Source: the human T2T-CHM13v2.0 reference genome, Homo sapiens. Taken from it: a stretch of 64,000 nucleotides of DNA. Every line of letters starts with the position of its first letter. Positions within the stretch are counted from its first letter, which is position 1. The notes under the pieces were generated by a model that saw only the letters and a program-made list of their open reading frames with translations, did not search any database and was not told where the DNA came from. The stretch lies in assembly GCF_009914755.1 (NCBI RefSeq), contig NC_060930.1; one strand, given 5' to 3'. Both the position numbers and the translations under genes were made by a program. Shown piece after piece: positions 1-12,440 of the stretch.

Positions 1-494
1 ACCTCTGGGATATCTCCCTAGATACTGAAGTCGATGAAGCTTGGACAGAGTAATGGGTTTTGGATTTGAACTCAATGATTATATCTAAAAGTCACTACTG
101 GCATCTCCTTCCTTTATATTGGACAAATAAAATGCAAACCCAACTGATACAGCTAAGAAGTATGGAATCCAGAGAAGCCACAGACTTACACCAGTGTGAA
201 ATGATCGTTCGGTCACGTGGCACAGAGAAAGTGCAAAAACATGGAGTCTTCGTGGAAAGGCCCTGCTTGAGCCTTTCTGTCTATCTGTTACACGTTTCCT
301 TTCTCAAGCGTCTTACTGCTGGAGTCTCGCATTGTGGGAAAGGGAAGAGCTGTCGAAGAAAGGCCTTGATGTTCTTAACTGCTCCGAGGTTAAGAGCAGT
401 TCAGACAAATTTAATGGAAAGACATTTAAAGGATCTATGGCAAGAATTATGCTTCCATTGTGTGCAGCCTGCTGAATTCACCGCAGCCATTTTG

Positions 495-515
495 GACAAC
501 GCCCTCTGCTGGTGG
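495..515 (-). promoter_or_regulatory. CTCF-like motif (minus strand CCACCAGCAGAGGGCGTTG), with a YY1-like GCCATTTT just to its left
   Basis: Close match to CTCF consensus CCASYAGRKGGCR; motif only, binding not shown. Confidence 0.6.
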
Positions 516-2369
516 TGGTTGCAGACTACTTGTTCATTAAGACAAGGACCTCTGCCCAAGTAGGTTTTTTCTTGTTACTATGTTGGAATGATTAAGATTG
601 GGCTCGTCTACAAAGGGGCAGCTGCTTTAGAACTGGTCTGAGGGTCCGACAGATGTGTTCTGGTGTGGGTACAGATAGAAGGCAGGAGGAGTAATAGGAG
701 AGAAATGCAAGGTGCCTGTAGTTCTGTCCAGGAAGTTTTCTGAAGACATTTCTTCTGCTGAAGACTTTGCTTAGGAGGCATCCTCCTTAAACCAGCACAT
801 TCTTCATCTGAAAGACTTTACTGTTTAAGATTCAGAAACCGGCTAATTTACTGCTCACTCTGCAAATGTTCTACCCGTTCTATGTCTTTGACTGTCAAGA
901 TAAATGAGATAGACTAGAAAGCATCTGAGAGTTAGGAAAGCACAAGGAATCATGGCATTTAAGGTGTGGTAGTAGTATGAATTTCTTTTGTTTTACAGAA
1001 GAGGCCTGTTTAGTAGGTCTCCTGCCTCCATGTCCTCTGTGGCCGCTCGCCCTGGATACATTTTTGGGTGGAAGGAGAATCTGTTTCTGTATTATTCTGC
1101 AATTAGCATGGCCTGGTCATTATGTCCCAAGCACTGTATTCTTCCAGCGTCTACTCCTCTGTTTCCAAGTGATCCAGTAGATCCAGGGAGGCAAAAGGTC
1201 ACTGTCCTCATGGAAAGGTTAGACCTCTATCCATCCACAGTCTCAGAATAATTCTACAAAGATGTAAATATCATAATTGTGTTTGGGCACAATTTGAAAC
1301 TTAGGACTGAATGATTTAGAGAGGATGACTGTGTCCTGGGTCTGGGACAATATGCTTACTTGAAATCATTCATGCAGGCATGCATTCAACAAATAGTTTC
1401 TGGACACCTACAGTTGCCAGACTATAATTAAAGGCCTCTGATCCACTCCTCTCCCTCTTCAGGCTTTTTGTGATATGGCCCCACCCTACCTATCGGATCT
1501 TTTTTCCCACTCAGGCATAACCTGCTTTACTGGCTCTCAAACAAGTGTGTGTCTGGAAGGTGTGTCGCTGCCCGCCAGCATGCTGTGTGTGCTGTCAGCC
1601 AGGCCTCCCATCTGAATGTCACTGGTCCTCAGCATGGTGCACACACAGCAGATCTCCAATAAATCTTTGGTTCATTGATTAATCTGTAAAGCTACCATTG
1701 TTGAGCATCTGCAAAATCATCAATAAGGAGTGTCTTAGCTCCCCGATGCGACAGAAACAGGACATATTGAGAAACAGAGGAATTTAAGGCAGTTTCTGCT
1801 TTGAATTTGAGACTGAAGCTAATTCAAAATGCTGTCAGAAATTTGGAACCATTTTGCTGGCTAGAACTTGCTAGTGAAGGCATAGAGAAGCGTGTTTCCT
1901 TTTCCTTAGGGCCCATTTATAACATCCTGGAAACTGTCCTTGGATCCTAAGTCTCTGCTCTCTGTGTGCTAAGGCCTCCCTCTCTAACCCCTCACCTCCT
2001 CTCTGTCAGTTTGCCCTCTCCCCTAGACAAAAATAAACCTCATTACTTTCCTGTAAGTCTTACCTTTCTCACCTCACCCAGACCACTGTCTAATTTTCTC
2101 CTTTCCTCTGGTTCTTGGAGTTCATTACCATCCTTTTTCCCATTCCCAGAGATGGCCTGAACTCTCACAAACATCAAAATGATCTTCCTCCAAAGTATTT
2201 ACTAAGTGGCTTTCTGCATGCAGTGCTGTGCTGGACAAACACCAAATAAGTTCATAGAGCAAGGTCCACACCCTTCGGGTGTGTTGTCTTTCTGTAAAGG
2301 CCAACAGGGATGGGATGTCGAGAAGTTTTGGTTAGTTAATAAACACAGTACTTCTTTCTTTTCGTTTTA

Positions 2370-2560
2370 TTTCTCTTGTGCATGACCTCTCTCTTTTGTC
2401 TGTAAAATGGGAACAAGATCACTTGCCTCACAGAGCTGTTTAGAGGAGTAAGTGAGGTAATTTACCCAAAAGTACTTGACAACTATAAAGTTCCCTTGTT
2501 TTTATTTTTACCACCTGGCATAATGCCTGGAATGTCAGGTGCTTGGTAATTCTTTTGTTG
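2370..2560 (+). mobile_element. MIR fragment
   Basis: MIR core-like tctgtaaaatggga...cctcacagagctgtt. Confidence 0.55.
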
Positions 2561-3339
2561 GAAGAATAAGTGAATGAAATTTTTAAAAGTCTCTGCACTC
2601 TGCTAGAATCAGGTTGGAAAGTGACCATACACACTCATGAAATACCATGAGAACCACATATAACAACACCTCACTTATTGAGATGCCTTTTTTGTGTAAA
2701 AGCAATTATCTGGAACATAGTTAAAAAGCAATGTTCCCAGAGCAGCCAGAAAAATGTCCTTGAACACATGTAACCAAGTGTATGCCCGTTATTCATTAAG
2801 AAGGTCTTGAAACAGAGGCTACTTCGTTTTAGAATTGTATTCATTCTTTTAACAAACCTGCTTCTCTGGGATCCCAGCCCTACAGCAACATTTTAGGGTA
2901 GAAATGGAAAGTGGAATCACCTGTTAAAGGGAACATATAGCTGACAGGAAGTATCACTGCAATATAGCCTTCTATAAAAATACATATTTTCAATAATGGC
3001 CATTTGTGATAAACTAAAGTCCAAACTAGATTTAGTATCTTCTGAAGTCATTCGTGTTAAATAATACATTTTAGATGTGTTAAAAAGGAAAGGAATATAT
3101 GCTCTTAAAATATTAACTCCAGTGGTCAGAAAAAAGCAAGTTGCAAGTAGCGCGCAGCATGACTGTCAACAAATGGGAAAGGACACTGTCCAGGTTCAAC
3201 ACATAAGCGTTGGAGGCTCAAGCAGAGGCTACTCACAGTGGGTGCGTTCCCCTGGAGGGGAGAATTTGAGCAGTGGCAGCAGCTGTGGCAGCAGGTGCCT
3301 GCTGCTGCGCTCGGAAATACTCTCATTGCCTTGTCTGTA

Positions 3340-3490
3340 TTAACACATTCAATTCTTGCAACTGACCTATCAGGTAGCCTTATTATTATTATCCTTTTCC
3401 AGATGAGAAACTGAGAAGAGAGAGGCTCAGTAACTTGCCCAAGGTCACACAGGAGTGGAAGTGAGCCTATGCTACTCATCACTGTGCTAA
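3340..3490 (-). mobile_element. MIR fragment
   Basis: ttttccagatgagaaactgag...taacttgcccaaggtcacacag. Confidence 0.65.
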
Positions 3491-4272
3491 TCGTTTCCCC
3501 AGGTTTTAAAAGAGAAGAATAAAATTCACTGGTGAGGAGAAGAATAACAGGAGCAATGCATTGAGCAGCGACGGCAATGGGAAAAGGAATTATTAAGATG
3601 ATGCTTTAAAGTATTGGGAGATTTAAAAAGCTGCCATGTAGTTTTTTTGTAAGATAAAGAAAACTCCATGAAAAAAGTGTAGATAGGGTATTGCCTGAAG
3701 GATGCACTTAAAGAGACCATCATTCAGAAATGGGGTGACTATGTAACATGGGTGACTGTGATTTCATAAAGCTCTTGTTTCAGGTGAGTGTGTTGGGATC
3801 TGGTATAAAATATTTTTCTTCCTGGGAATCCAGTCAAGAGACTTTGAAAGTGCTTGCTCTATAAAGTTAGATGCCCCACAGGGACAAAGCTGGCAGGAGT
3901 GGCCAGGGACCGTGGGTCAGATTTGGTGTCACATTGCTCACTGATTCCATTTGCTCCAGTGACTCCTTCTGACTTAGTAGTTCCATCTGCCTTGCCTGCT
4001 CGTATTTGCAAAGGGAGGGACCATATCTGACCCAAGTGCTCAGGAAAGCATCCAGATGTGTGTACGTTTGCAAAGCTGTTCTTACTGGATACTGTGTAAA
4101 TGCGCAGAAGACCGCTCATGAAATAATACATTGAGGGAGAGCTTACTATGTTAAGGGCCCTATGTTAGGAGACCGAGTTCTGCCATTTTTGGTTTAACAA
4201 ATAGATATCTGATGTAACAATTTCAAATGGCAGAGAGAAAAATTTTATTTGAAAGGAGAGAAAGAAAACAAA

Positions 4273-5170
4273 TCCCTTCCCCTCTCTATCCCATCCCTCG
4301 TATATCCCTTCCCCCCGTATATCCCTTCCCTCGTATATCCCATCCCCCGTATATACTTTCCCCCATATATCTCTTCCCCCGTATATCCTGTCCCCCGTAT
4401 ATCCCATTCCCTGTATACCCCTTCCCCTGTCTATCCCTTCCCCTATATATCCCTTACCCTCGCTATCCCTTCCCCCGTATATCCTGTCCCCCATCTATCC
4501 CTTCCCCCGTCTATCCCTTCCCCCGTATATCGCTTCCCCTGTCTATCCCTTCCCCTGTCTATCTCTTCCCCTATATATCCCTTCCCCTGTATATCCCTTC
4601 CCCTGTCTATCCCTTCCCCTGTCTATCTCTTCCCCTATATATCCCTTCCCCTGCATATCCCTTCCCCTGTCTATCTCTTCCCCTGTATATCCCTTCCCCT
4701 GTCTATCCCTTCCCCTGTCTATCTCTTCCCCTATATATCCCTTCCCCGTCTAATCTTTCCCCTGTCTATCCCTTCCCCTGTCTATCCCTTCCCCTGTCTA
4801 TCCCTTCCCCTGTCTATCCTTTCCCCTGTCTATCCCTTCCCCTGTCTATCCCTTCCCCTGTCTATCCCTTCCCCTGTCTATCCCTTCCCATGTCTATCCC
4901 TTCCCCTGTCTATCCCTTCCCGTCTATCCCTTCCCCTGTCTATCCCTTCCCCTGTCTATCCCTTCCCCTGTCTATCCTTTCCCCTGTATATCTCTTCCCC
5001 TGTCTATCCCTTCCCTTGTCTATCCCTTCCCCGTCTATCCCTTCCTCTGTCTATCCCTTCCCTTGTGTATCCTTTCCCTATATATCCCTTCCCCTGTATA
5101 TCTCTTCCCCTGTATATCTATCGCTTCCTCTGTATATCTCTTCCATTGTATATCCCTTCCCCTGTATATC
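4273..5170. repeat. Minisatellite/VNTR, 16-bp unit TATCCCTTCCCCTGTC, about 56 copies
   Basis: Directly visible tandem array; strongly pyrimidine-rich + strand. Confidence 0.97.
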
Positions 5171-5717
5171 TGCAGCTTGACAAGCTTCAGTTTGAGGGCT
5201 GGCTTTAAGTCTGTTTTCATTTCCAGTGGGTACGCTTCGAGTTGGCACACAAATTCAATGTGTGAATGGTGTGGGAGTTAAGAAAGTTGCATTGCTATTT
5301 CTCTTTTCAAAATTAACAGTGGAATCCTTATGTGAGCCGTGTAGGCTCCGGAATGTGCCACACACTGTTCTCTAACTGCATAATTAGGGAGTTCTCCATA
5401 ATAAAGTAGTCCTCATTCTTGCCAAAATTGGTGCCCCTCCTCCACACCCTCCTCTGAGAGGCAGGAGACTGACAGCTGCTCTGCAGGCTTCCCCAGCTCC
5501 TGTAATTTCACTGTCAATGTAGCCTCCACATCCTGGCTATAGGGTTTCTCAGGTGAGGCTTACTGATTGAGTCTGCCTGCTCTGAAGTCCCTGTCCCCTT
5601 TAGTTTCCTGGCTTTTCTGAATTCACCATGAATACCTCCCTGATCTACATTCTGTGCACATACACTCCTTGGCAAGTTCAGTTCCCAGTGGCTTTCTGCT
5701 ACCCTTTATAGAGAAGA

Positions 5718-5880
5718 CCTTTCTACACAAATGTGGTCCTTCAACCAGCAGAAGTGGCATCATGGGAGCATATTAGAAATGCAGATTCCAAGGGCCACCC
5801 CAGCCCTACTTGATCAGAACCTGCAGTCTAACGAGCTCCCCCAGATGATTTGTGTGCACACTGCAGTCTGAGGCGTGCTG
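5718..5880. mobile_element. MER5-type (hAT-Charlie) DNA transposon relic
   Basis: ttagaaatgcagattc...ccccag...atcagaacctgca...cccccagatgatt motifs. Confidence 0.65.
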
Positions 5881-6446
5881 GGTGTATACTTGGGAGCAGA
5901 TCAGAAGGCAGCCTAGGTTTCTATCTTCAGTCTTGGTCAACCAATCAACTAATCATCTAATTAAGGACTACCTTCCTATAAGGATCATCTTTGGTATGCT
6001 AACTGTGGAAATCAGAGTAATAAAAAGGTACCAGCCCTGGGGGCTCCCAAGTAAAACTTTTCTCATGGCGATTGCAAGATTAAGGACAGTAACATGGCCC
6101 AGGAAAGTAGGAACATGGGAGACATCTGATAATTCTGTGGCCCCTGCGAATGCAGAGGCTGTAATGCAGTTTAGGCTCCTGCAGTGACCTATCGGGCTTG
6201 TCTTACAAGCACTTACTGTGGTCAGTGCTGACAGCAGAGAAAAAGACATCTGATTTTGGTTTTTGATAAAAAGCCATGGCTGGGGCAGGTGGGTGTGCAG
6301 GCAGGCCCTGTGTCCTGTTGTGGCCTTCGCATGGGTAATTTAAAATCTCTTCAAGAAATTCATCAACTAGAAATTTCTAACTATAAAATTATGAAGAAAT
6401 CATTCCTCAAGGATATACTGACCACATATTTAAAGTGTTTCTTTTA

Positions 6447-6812
<366 letters not shown>

Positions 6813-7819
6813 TCACTTTCCTATGCTTCTATCATCCAACATGCTTTCAAGGTTATTAATTCTTTAGAAATGTGTTTCCATTAACTTCTTTCATTTCCTT
6901 TCCTGTGCCATCCCTAAAGTCCAAGCTATTATAACTTCTAATTATATCAGTTATGAGATGACTACTTGTTTCCACAGTATTTCCCCAAACACATCTTAAG
7001 ACTGTCTTTAGCTGCACAGAGTTTCCTAAGATGATGTTTATCAGGCTACTTTCCTGTTTCATAACCACAGTGATGTTCCATCTAAATGACTCTCCTTTAT
7101 CTTCAGTGCTTCGGTGACCTGGCCTCATGTCACCCGGACAAACTTGGCATGTACACCCAAAATATTAATCAAGATTTCTTTCCTAATATCATCTCTTGGC
7201 AAATAGAAAGTCACTTTAGATATGTCTTTACAAAGCTGGGTGCCTTTTGAAAAGCACTGGTAATGTGTGTATTTTCTCTACTACTTTATTTGGAAAAAAA
7301 GTTCACTGCTTGGGGATCACATTTTAGACTGAAATCAGTGCTAGCTTGGGATGCTTATTGAGGTTACCTGTTCGAACAAAAAAAATGTAGGAAAAGACAT
7401 CAAATACTAGTAATTACTTCTGGGAGTGTGATCTTACTTCTAAGATTTTAAAAGTGATTATTTTTGAAAGATTACTTAAAAAATACAGTAAGAAGGTACT
7501 TTGTGGAGATCATGAGTATGCAACTACAGGAAAAAGGTTATAAAAGCTAATCTAATGGGGTGGAACTGGTAAATCGTGGCTTGGATAAAATATTTAATAA
7601 CAGCTTCATCCATGGATTGAAGTAATGCCATATATCCAATATCTTAGATGACTGTAGAGATGAGGTACTCTGTAAAATTGTGATAGATGACTCAAAATAT
7701 GGCCTTAAGGGATCATGGTGATTCACGAGAAGAGTTTCAAAAACTGATGTATAAAATGTGATGGAGAAAAGTATTGTTTGTATGTTGTATAAGATATGAC
7801 TGTAAACAAGCATGTGCAT

Positions 7820-8185
7820 TCAAGGAAAGCCTTGCTGCCCACACATTGACACCATCAGGGCCTTCCTCAGCAGGGTTAGCTACTAGGCCTCCCTAGGCCG
7901 AGGTCTCACTATTGGGCCAGTCCACATCAGGTGACCAAGCAAGGTAAAGACATAAGGCCCTGGCCACTTTGGCTTCACTGAGGGTAACTCTGGTAGGCAA
8001 CATTTGCTCCAGAGCTCTTTGCAGGGTTAGTGGCGTCTTTGTCAGGCTTGTTTCACAGTTTAATATCTTCCTCTGCTAAATCCTGCTTCTTTTCTCTTTC
8101 TTTGACAGGTATTGATCTCTAAAAAGTATTTCACATTCCAAACTCCATCTCAGCATCTGTTTCTGGAGAATTCAGTTTGTAACAG
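7820..8185 (+). mobile_element. Ancient ERVL LTR fragment (LTR16-like)
   Basis: 3' end resembles LTR16: tcctgcttc...acaggtattgatc...ctccatctcagcatctgtttctggagaa. Confidence 0.5.
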
Positions 8186-9146
8186 CATGGGTGCTACATT
8201 AATAAATATTACAAGGAGATGTTGATTAATTTATCTACCTCCTTACCAGTTTACACATTCAGGTTGGCTACTAAAATTTTTCTTTAAAAATTATCTCATT
8301 GGGAAAACTGGGTATCACCTTATGAATAAGGTCATTTTTTATTGCATACACTCAGTATTCCCATTGATACTGTATTGAGGCTGGTCCACTCACTGTCCCT
8401 CTTGCCCCATGCCCTATCCCCATATCATACCCCATTGCACTCATTCCTGCTCTTAGGTTCTGGCTCATGCCAATTCCTCAAAGTAAATTTCTGTTCTTCT
8501 GCTCTCTTGCACATGTAGACCCTACTCATTCTTCAAGGTCTTCAAAGAAAGTACCACTTCCTCCACAAAGGCCTCTTTGACTTATGTAGCCTTCTCTTTT
8601 ATTCCTTAATTTTAAAAAAATTAAATGTTATTTTGTTTTAAAAATGCAACTCAGTTCAGTGCAGCTATTTTCTAATTGTTTCATGTGAATTATATCTCCC
8701 AGTAACTAATACAGCACAGAGAGCATAAGGTAGTTACCTGTAAAAACACTAGTCAATTGATAAATATTAAGGAATATCCAAAAAGTTTAAAGTTTAAATT
8801 ATACCCTGAGAGAGCAATATGTTCCAAAGCCTGTTTCCGGGATTTTCCTTTTTCTTTAAAAAAAGTTTTCATGGTCAAATTTGTTTGGAAAATGTTGCCT
8901 GTCGTATCTTCCTACTGGGGATGAGTGCACTGGGTAGTTAAAGGATTGGAGAAGTTGCTCAGTAAATAAATCTGGTTGACTTTAACCCAAATTACTTTAA
9001 TAAAAATGCATTTATTCCCTGTTTTAAATAGCATCTATGAGCATCTCTGTGGAATTTGTGTTGTGCGGAACATACTTTGGGAGTTGTGTCCCGGCAGATA
9101 GCAGAGACCTAGATGCCCATAGAAATAGACTCCATGTCAAATAGGC

Positions 9147-9304
9147 TGATGACTGGCACCTCCAAATCTAAGGGGGCACACGCAGGCTTGCGATGTCACC
9201 ATTGCAGGCACAGGAAGCCAGCTGATGATGACTGGCACCTCCAAATCTAAGGGGGCACACGCAGGCTTGCGATGTCACCATTGCAGGCACAGGAAGCCAG
9301 CTGA
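9147..9304. repeat. Perfect 79-bp tandem duplication (2 copies)
   Basis: 9147-9225 is identical to 9226-9304. Confidence 0.97.
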
Positions 9305-9371
9305 AGGAACAGTGGGAGGAAGAGCTGGCAGTTAATGCCAGTGACTCATGGGAAAGGGTTGCTTTCGGGTA

Positions 9372-9547
9372 GCCAGCCGCAACCCTGGCTGCACATCGGA
9401 ATCACCCAGGGAGCTTTAAAACATCCTGACGCCTGGGTCTCACCCCTGGAGACGCTGATGTCATGGGTCTGAGGTGGGGCCTGGGCACTGGGATATTGCA
9501 AATTCCCCACATGATTCTAGTTGCAGCCAAAGCTGAGAGCCACTGCT
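9372..9547. mobile_element. MER5A DNA transposon
   Basis: ggctgcacatcggaatcacccagggagcttt...gtggggcctggg...tgattct...gcagcca...tgagagccactg. Confidence 0.8.
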
Positions 9548-11429
9548 TCAAGCAAGTGGGAATGCTCGTGTGTGAGAGGATTTTTTTCCTCTCTATTCCA
9601 GGCTTCCTTTATTGAATGTATCTGCTGTACTGGAAATTACTCTGGGAAATTGTTATGTAAATAACCATGTGTGCTGCTCACCTTGGCACTTGAACCTCCG
9701 ACTCCAAGTAGGGTCTGAGAACCACCAGAGCTGGTTAGAAAGGCAGAGTTTCCCGCCCCACTCAGATCCCAGGCATGACGCCTGGGTGATCTGCAGGAGT
9801 GTTGCAGGCTGAGACCCCTGAGCTAGACTGGAGTTGCCCTGTGGAAAGCAGCTCCACTCACCAGAAGCCTGTGAACCAGAGGGCCTGCTGTGTGCCTGCT
9901 TCTTACTTCATCTCAGTCCCAGAGGCACGGTCAGCCTGGCTTCTATGCCTCTGTGTGCTGCTTCCCCAGCGGATGGCTGCCTACCTCTCAAAGGAGCCTT
10001 CAGGGGCCCCTACAGTACCATTTTCAAACACCAGTTAGTCAATATTTTAAGCTGGGGGGTCCCAAATTGGTGGAAATCTGTCTGGCTGTCTTCCCCTGAT
10101 GCGATAAGAAGCAGGAAAACAAACAAACAGAAACAACAACAACAAAAAAAACAGAAATGTAATTTTATTTCTATAGATGACAAACATTGTCAGAAATGGT
10201 TCTTTTCTTCTTTGTTTTGGATTCAATAAAGAGTGGGGGAATATCGGAAATGAAGGCCCTGAGAGATGAGCCAAATCATCCAAATGTATATGAGCAAGGT
10301 ATGGGTGAGTCTGTCACTTCAGGGGCCTGTGGGAACTGAGCTGGATGAATGCAGAGCGAAGAGTCAGAAATCCCACAGCTGCCAGTGATGAACTGTTAGC
10401 TGTCCTTGGACTGTGTCGGCGCATCTAGCTCCACCATCAAACAGGGTCACAACTTGCTCCATTAATGACCAGTTCACAGTGCGCATCTGTTTCAGGCAAG
10501 GTGTGCTCGTTACCTTAACAGAAGGTTTACCTTGTAAACGTTTCTCACAAGGAAAAACAAACGACCAAATAACCTCATATTTTTGTGATGAGTAGATTTT
10601 TTTGGATCATCAGCCCTGCCCTTTCTCCATTACCAAGTTCACGGCAAGGCTGACATTCCAGGGCAAACACCCGCCTTCTTGGCGCCCACGAGCAGCGGAC
10701 TCCTCATTCTGCTTTAGTTTACTGCTTCCGCATTAACTCGTCCACTGGCTCCCTTATTCATTTGTTCAACAGACAATTATTATCTACTGTGTTGGCAACA
10801 GTGCTGGGCACTGGGTCTTCCTGTTCTTAGCTATGTAGAATTCAGAGAAGAACACAGTGCATAGATTGCCTAGGAGTGGAGAAAAGCTTGATGTGGCAAC
10901 TTCCAGATCCTATCATAGGAGATGGAGCCGCATGTCCCTCCAAGATGCATATTCTGGGAGGTTTATTCCCAAATAAGAAGAGAGTGTGGGTGATGGGCAG
11001 CCACAAACATAGCAAATGTTCACTAAAGATAGTATCTTTACTATGACTGGTTCATCTGCATTCTCCTATTCCATGCCTGTTGCCTGTGAAGAGTCTGCAA
11101 AGGTTAGGTGCTCCTGCAGCTGACCTGGCCTTCTGCGTAGGGAGGAAGACAAGTTAGACTTCCAAACAAGGTGACATACAAGTGAGAACTCTGTTGGAGG
11201 CAGTTAGCAGAAACCCAATCCAAATTAGCTTAAGCAAAACAGAAATTTCATTTTAAGGATATGGGAGAGATTTGTCCATTACAGCTCAATAAAACTGGGG
11301 AAAAAAAAGAATATGGGGGAGGAGCATGTCTCATGGAATCCAGTGGAATCCATGCTTGGACTTTGGGAATGACACAAATCCAAAAACATGAATGTTGTCA
11401 GGACTCTGCTGCCAATATTCATATAATTA

Positions 11430-11660
11430 ATAATATTTGTGGAGCATTTATTATGTCCTAGGCATGCTTTCTGCTTAGGTTCATTGCATTTTATTTATTT
11501 ATTTATTTTTACAACAACTCTGTAAAATCTGAACTAAAATTATTCCATTTTTCAGAGGTGGAAGCCTGGGGAAGTAAAGGCATGTGTCCAATGTCACACA
11601 GCTATTGTAGTAAGAGAGCGAGTGTGAATCCATAGCCTGTACTGGTGACCCTAACCACAT
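11430..11660 (-). mobile_element. MIR, apparently within a fragmented MLT1-type LTR (about 11180-11900)
   Basis: ccatttttcagaggtggaagc...tccaatgtcacacagct; flanks carry MLT1-like motifs. Confidence 0.45.
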
Positions 11661-12254
11661 TGTTGTCCCCTGCCTTGGTGCAGACTGCCATCCTCTGTCC
11701 CTCAGCTCAACACACCCCAAGTTTCACACATGCCATCCATCAGTCTATGGAGACACCACACTTCTCTGTGTCTCCAGTCATCTCTCAAAGAAAGGACTAT
11801 GATTGGCCAGGTTGGATGAGGTCCCAGGGGTATCACCCAGAGGAGCTCGGCCATACCAACTAGAAGAAATGGTTGAGAGTAAGGGCTTCAGGGGCAAGGC
11901 GACCATTTTCAGGAACTGAGTGTTTCTGAGCAGCCAAACAATGGTTAACTACAAATTTCACCTTTCCCTCCTGCATGACTTTTCATTTTTGCTTTACTTT
12001 CCAGCAATTTAGAAATAAATTTAATTTTCAAAGGCACTGACTCATTCCATGTGTCTGGGAGCATCTAGTTCTCTGCTCTATTTTACAGAGCTTTCCTCTT
12101 CTTTTACTATTTTTTTCAATCATTAAAAAAAATTTAATTCTCCTGTTTTATACTGTGCTTGATTTTTTTGTAAGCTGTCTTAGCTTACAAAAACATTTAT
12201 GGAAATATGTGAGGGATAAATTATGGATTAAAAAAGAAAAAAGACTTCAGAGTT

Positions 12255-12440
12255 ATGCTATCAACATGGCAGCTACTAGCCACTTATGACTATTTAAACT
12301 TAAATTAATTAAAATTAAATAAAATAAAAAATGTAGTTCCTCATTCACACTGACCATATTTTAAATGCTCAACAGCACATTATAGTTCTATATTATAGAA
12401 TATTTCCATAATTGCTGAAAGTTCTGCTAGACAGTGCTGC
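12255..12440. mobile_element. MER3-like DNA transposon
   Basis: gcagctactagccac...ttaaattaattaaaattaaataaaa...gaaagttctgctagacagtgctg. Confidence 0.75.

Noticed and set aside
60-563. 167-aa ORF
   Set aside because: Non-ATG start, no recognisable domain, no splice support
4227-5208. 317-aa and 319-aa Pro/Ser/Tyr-rich ORFs
   Set aside because: Artefact of a nearly stop-free 16-bp minisatellite; periodic peptides, no gene structure
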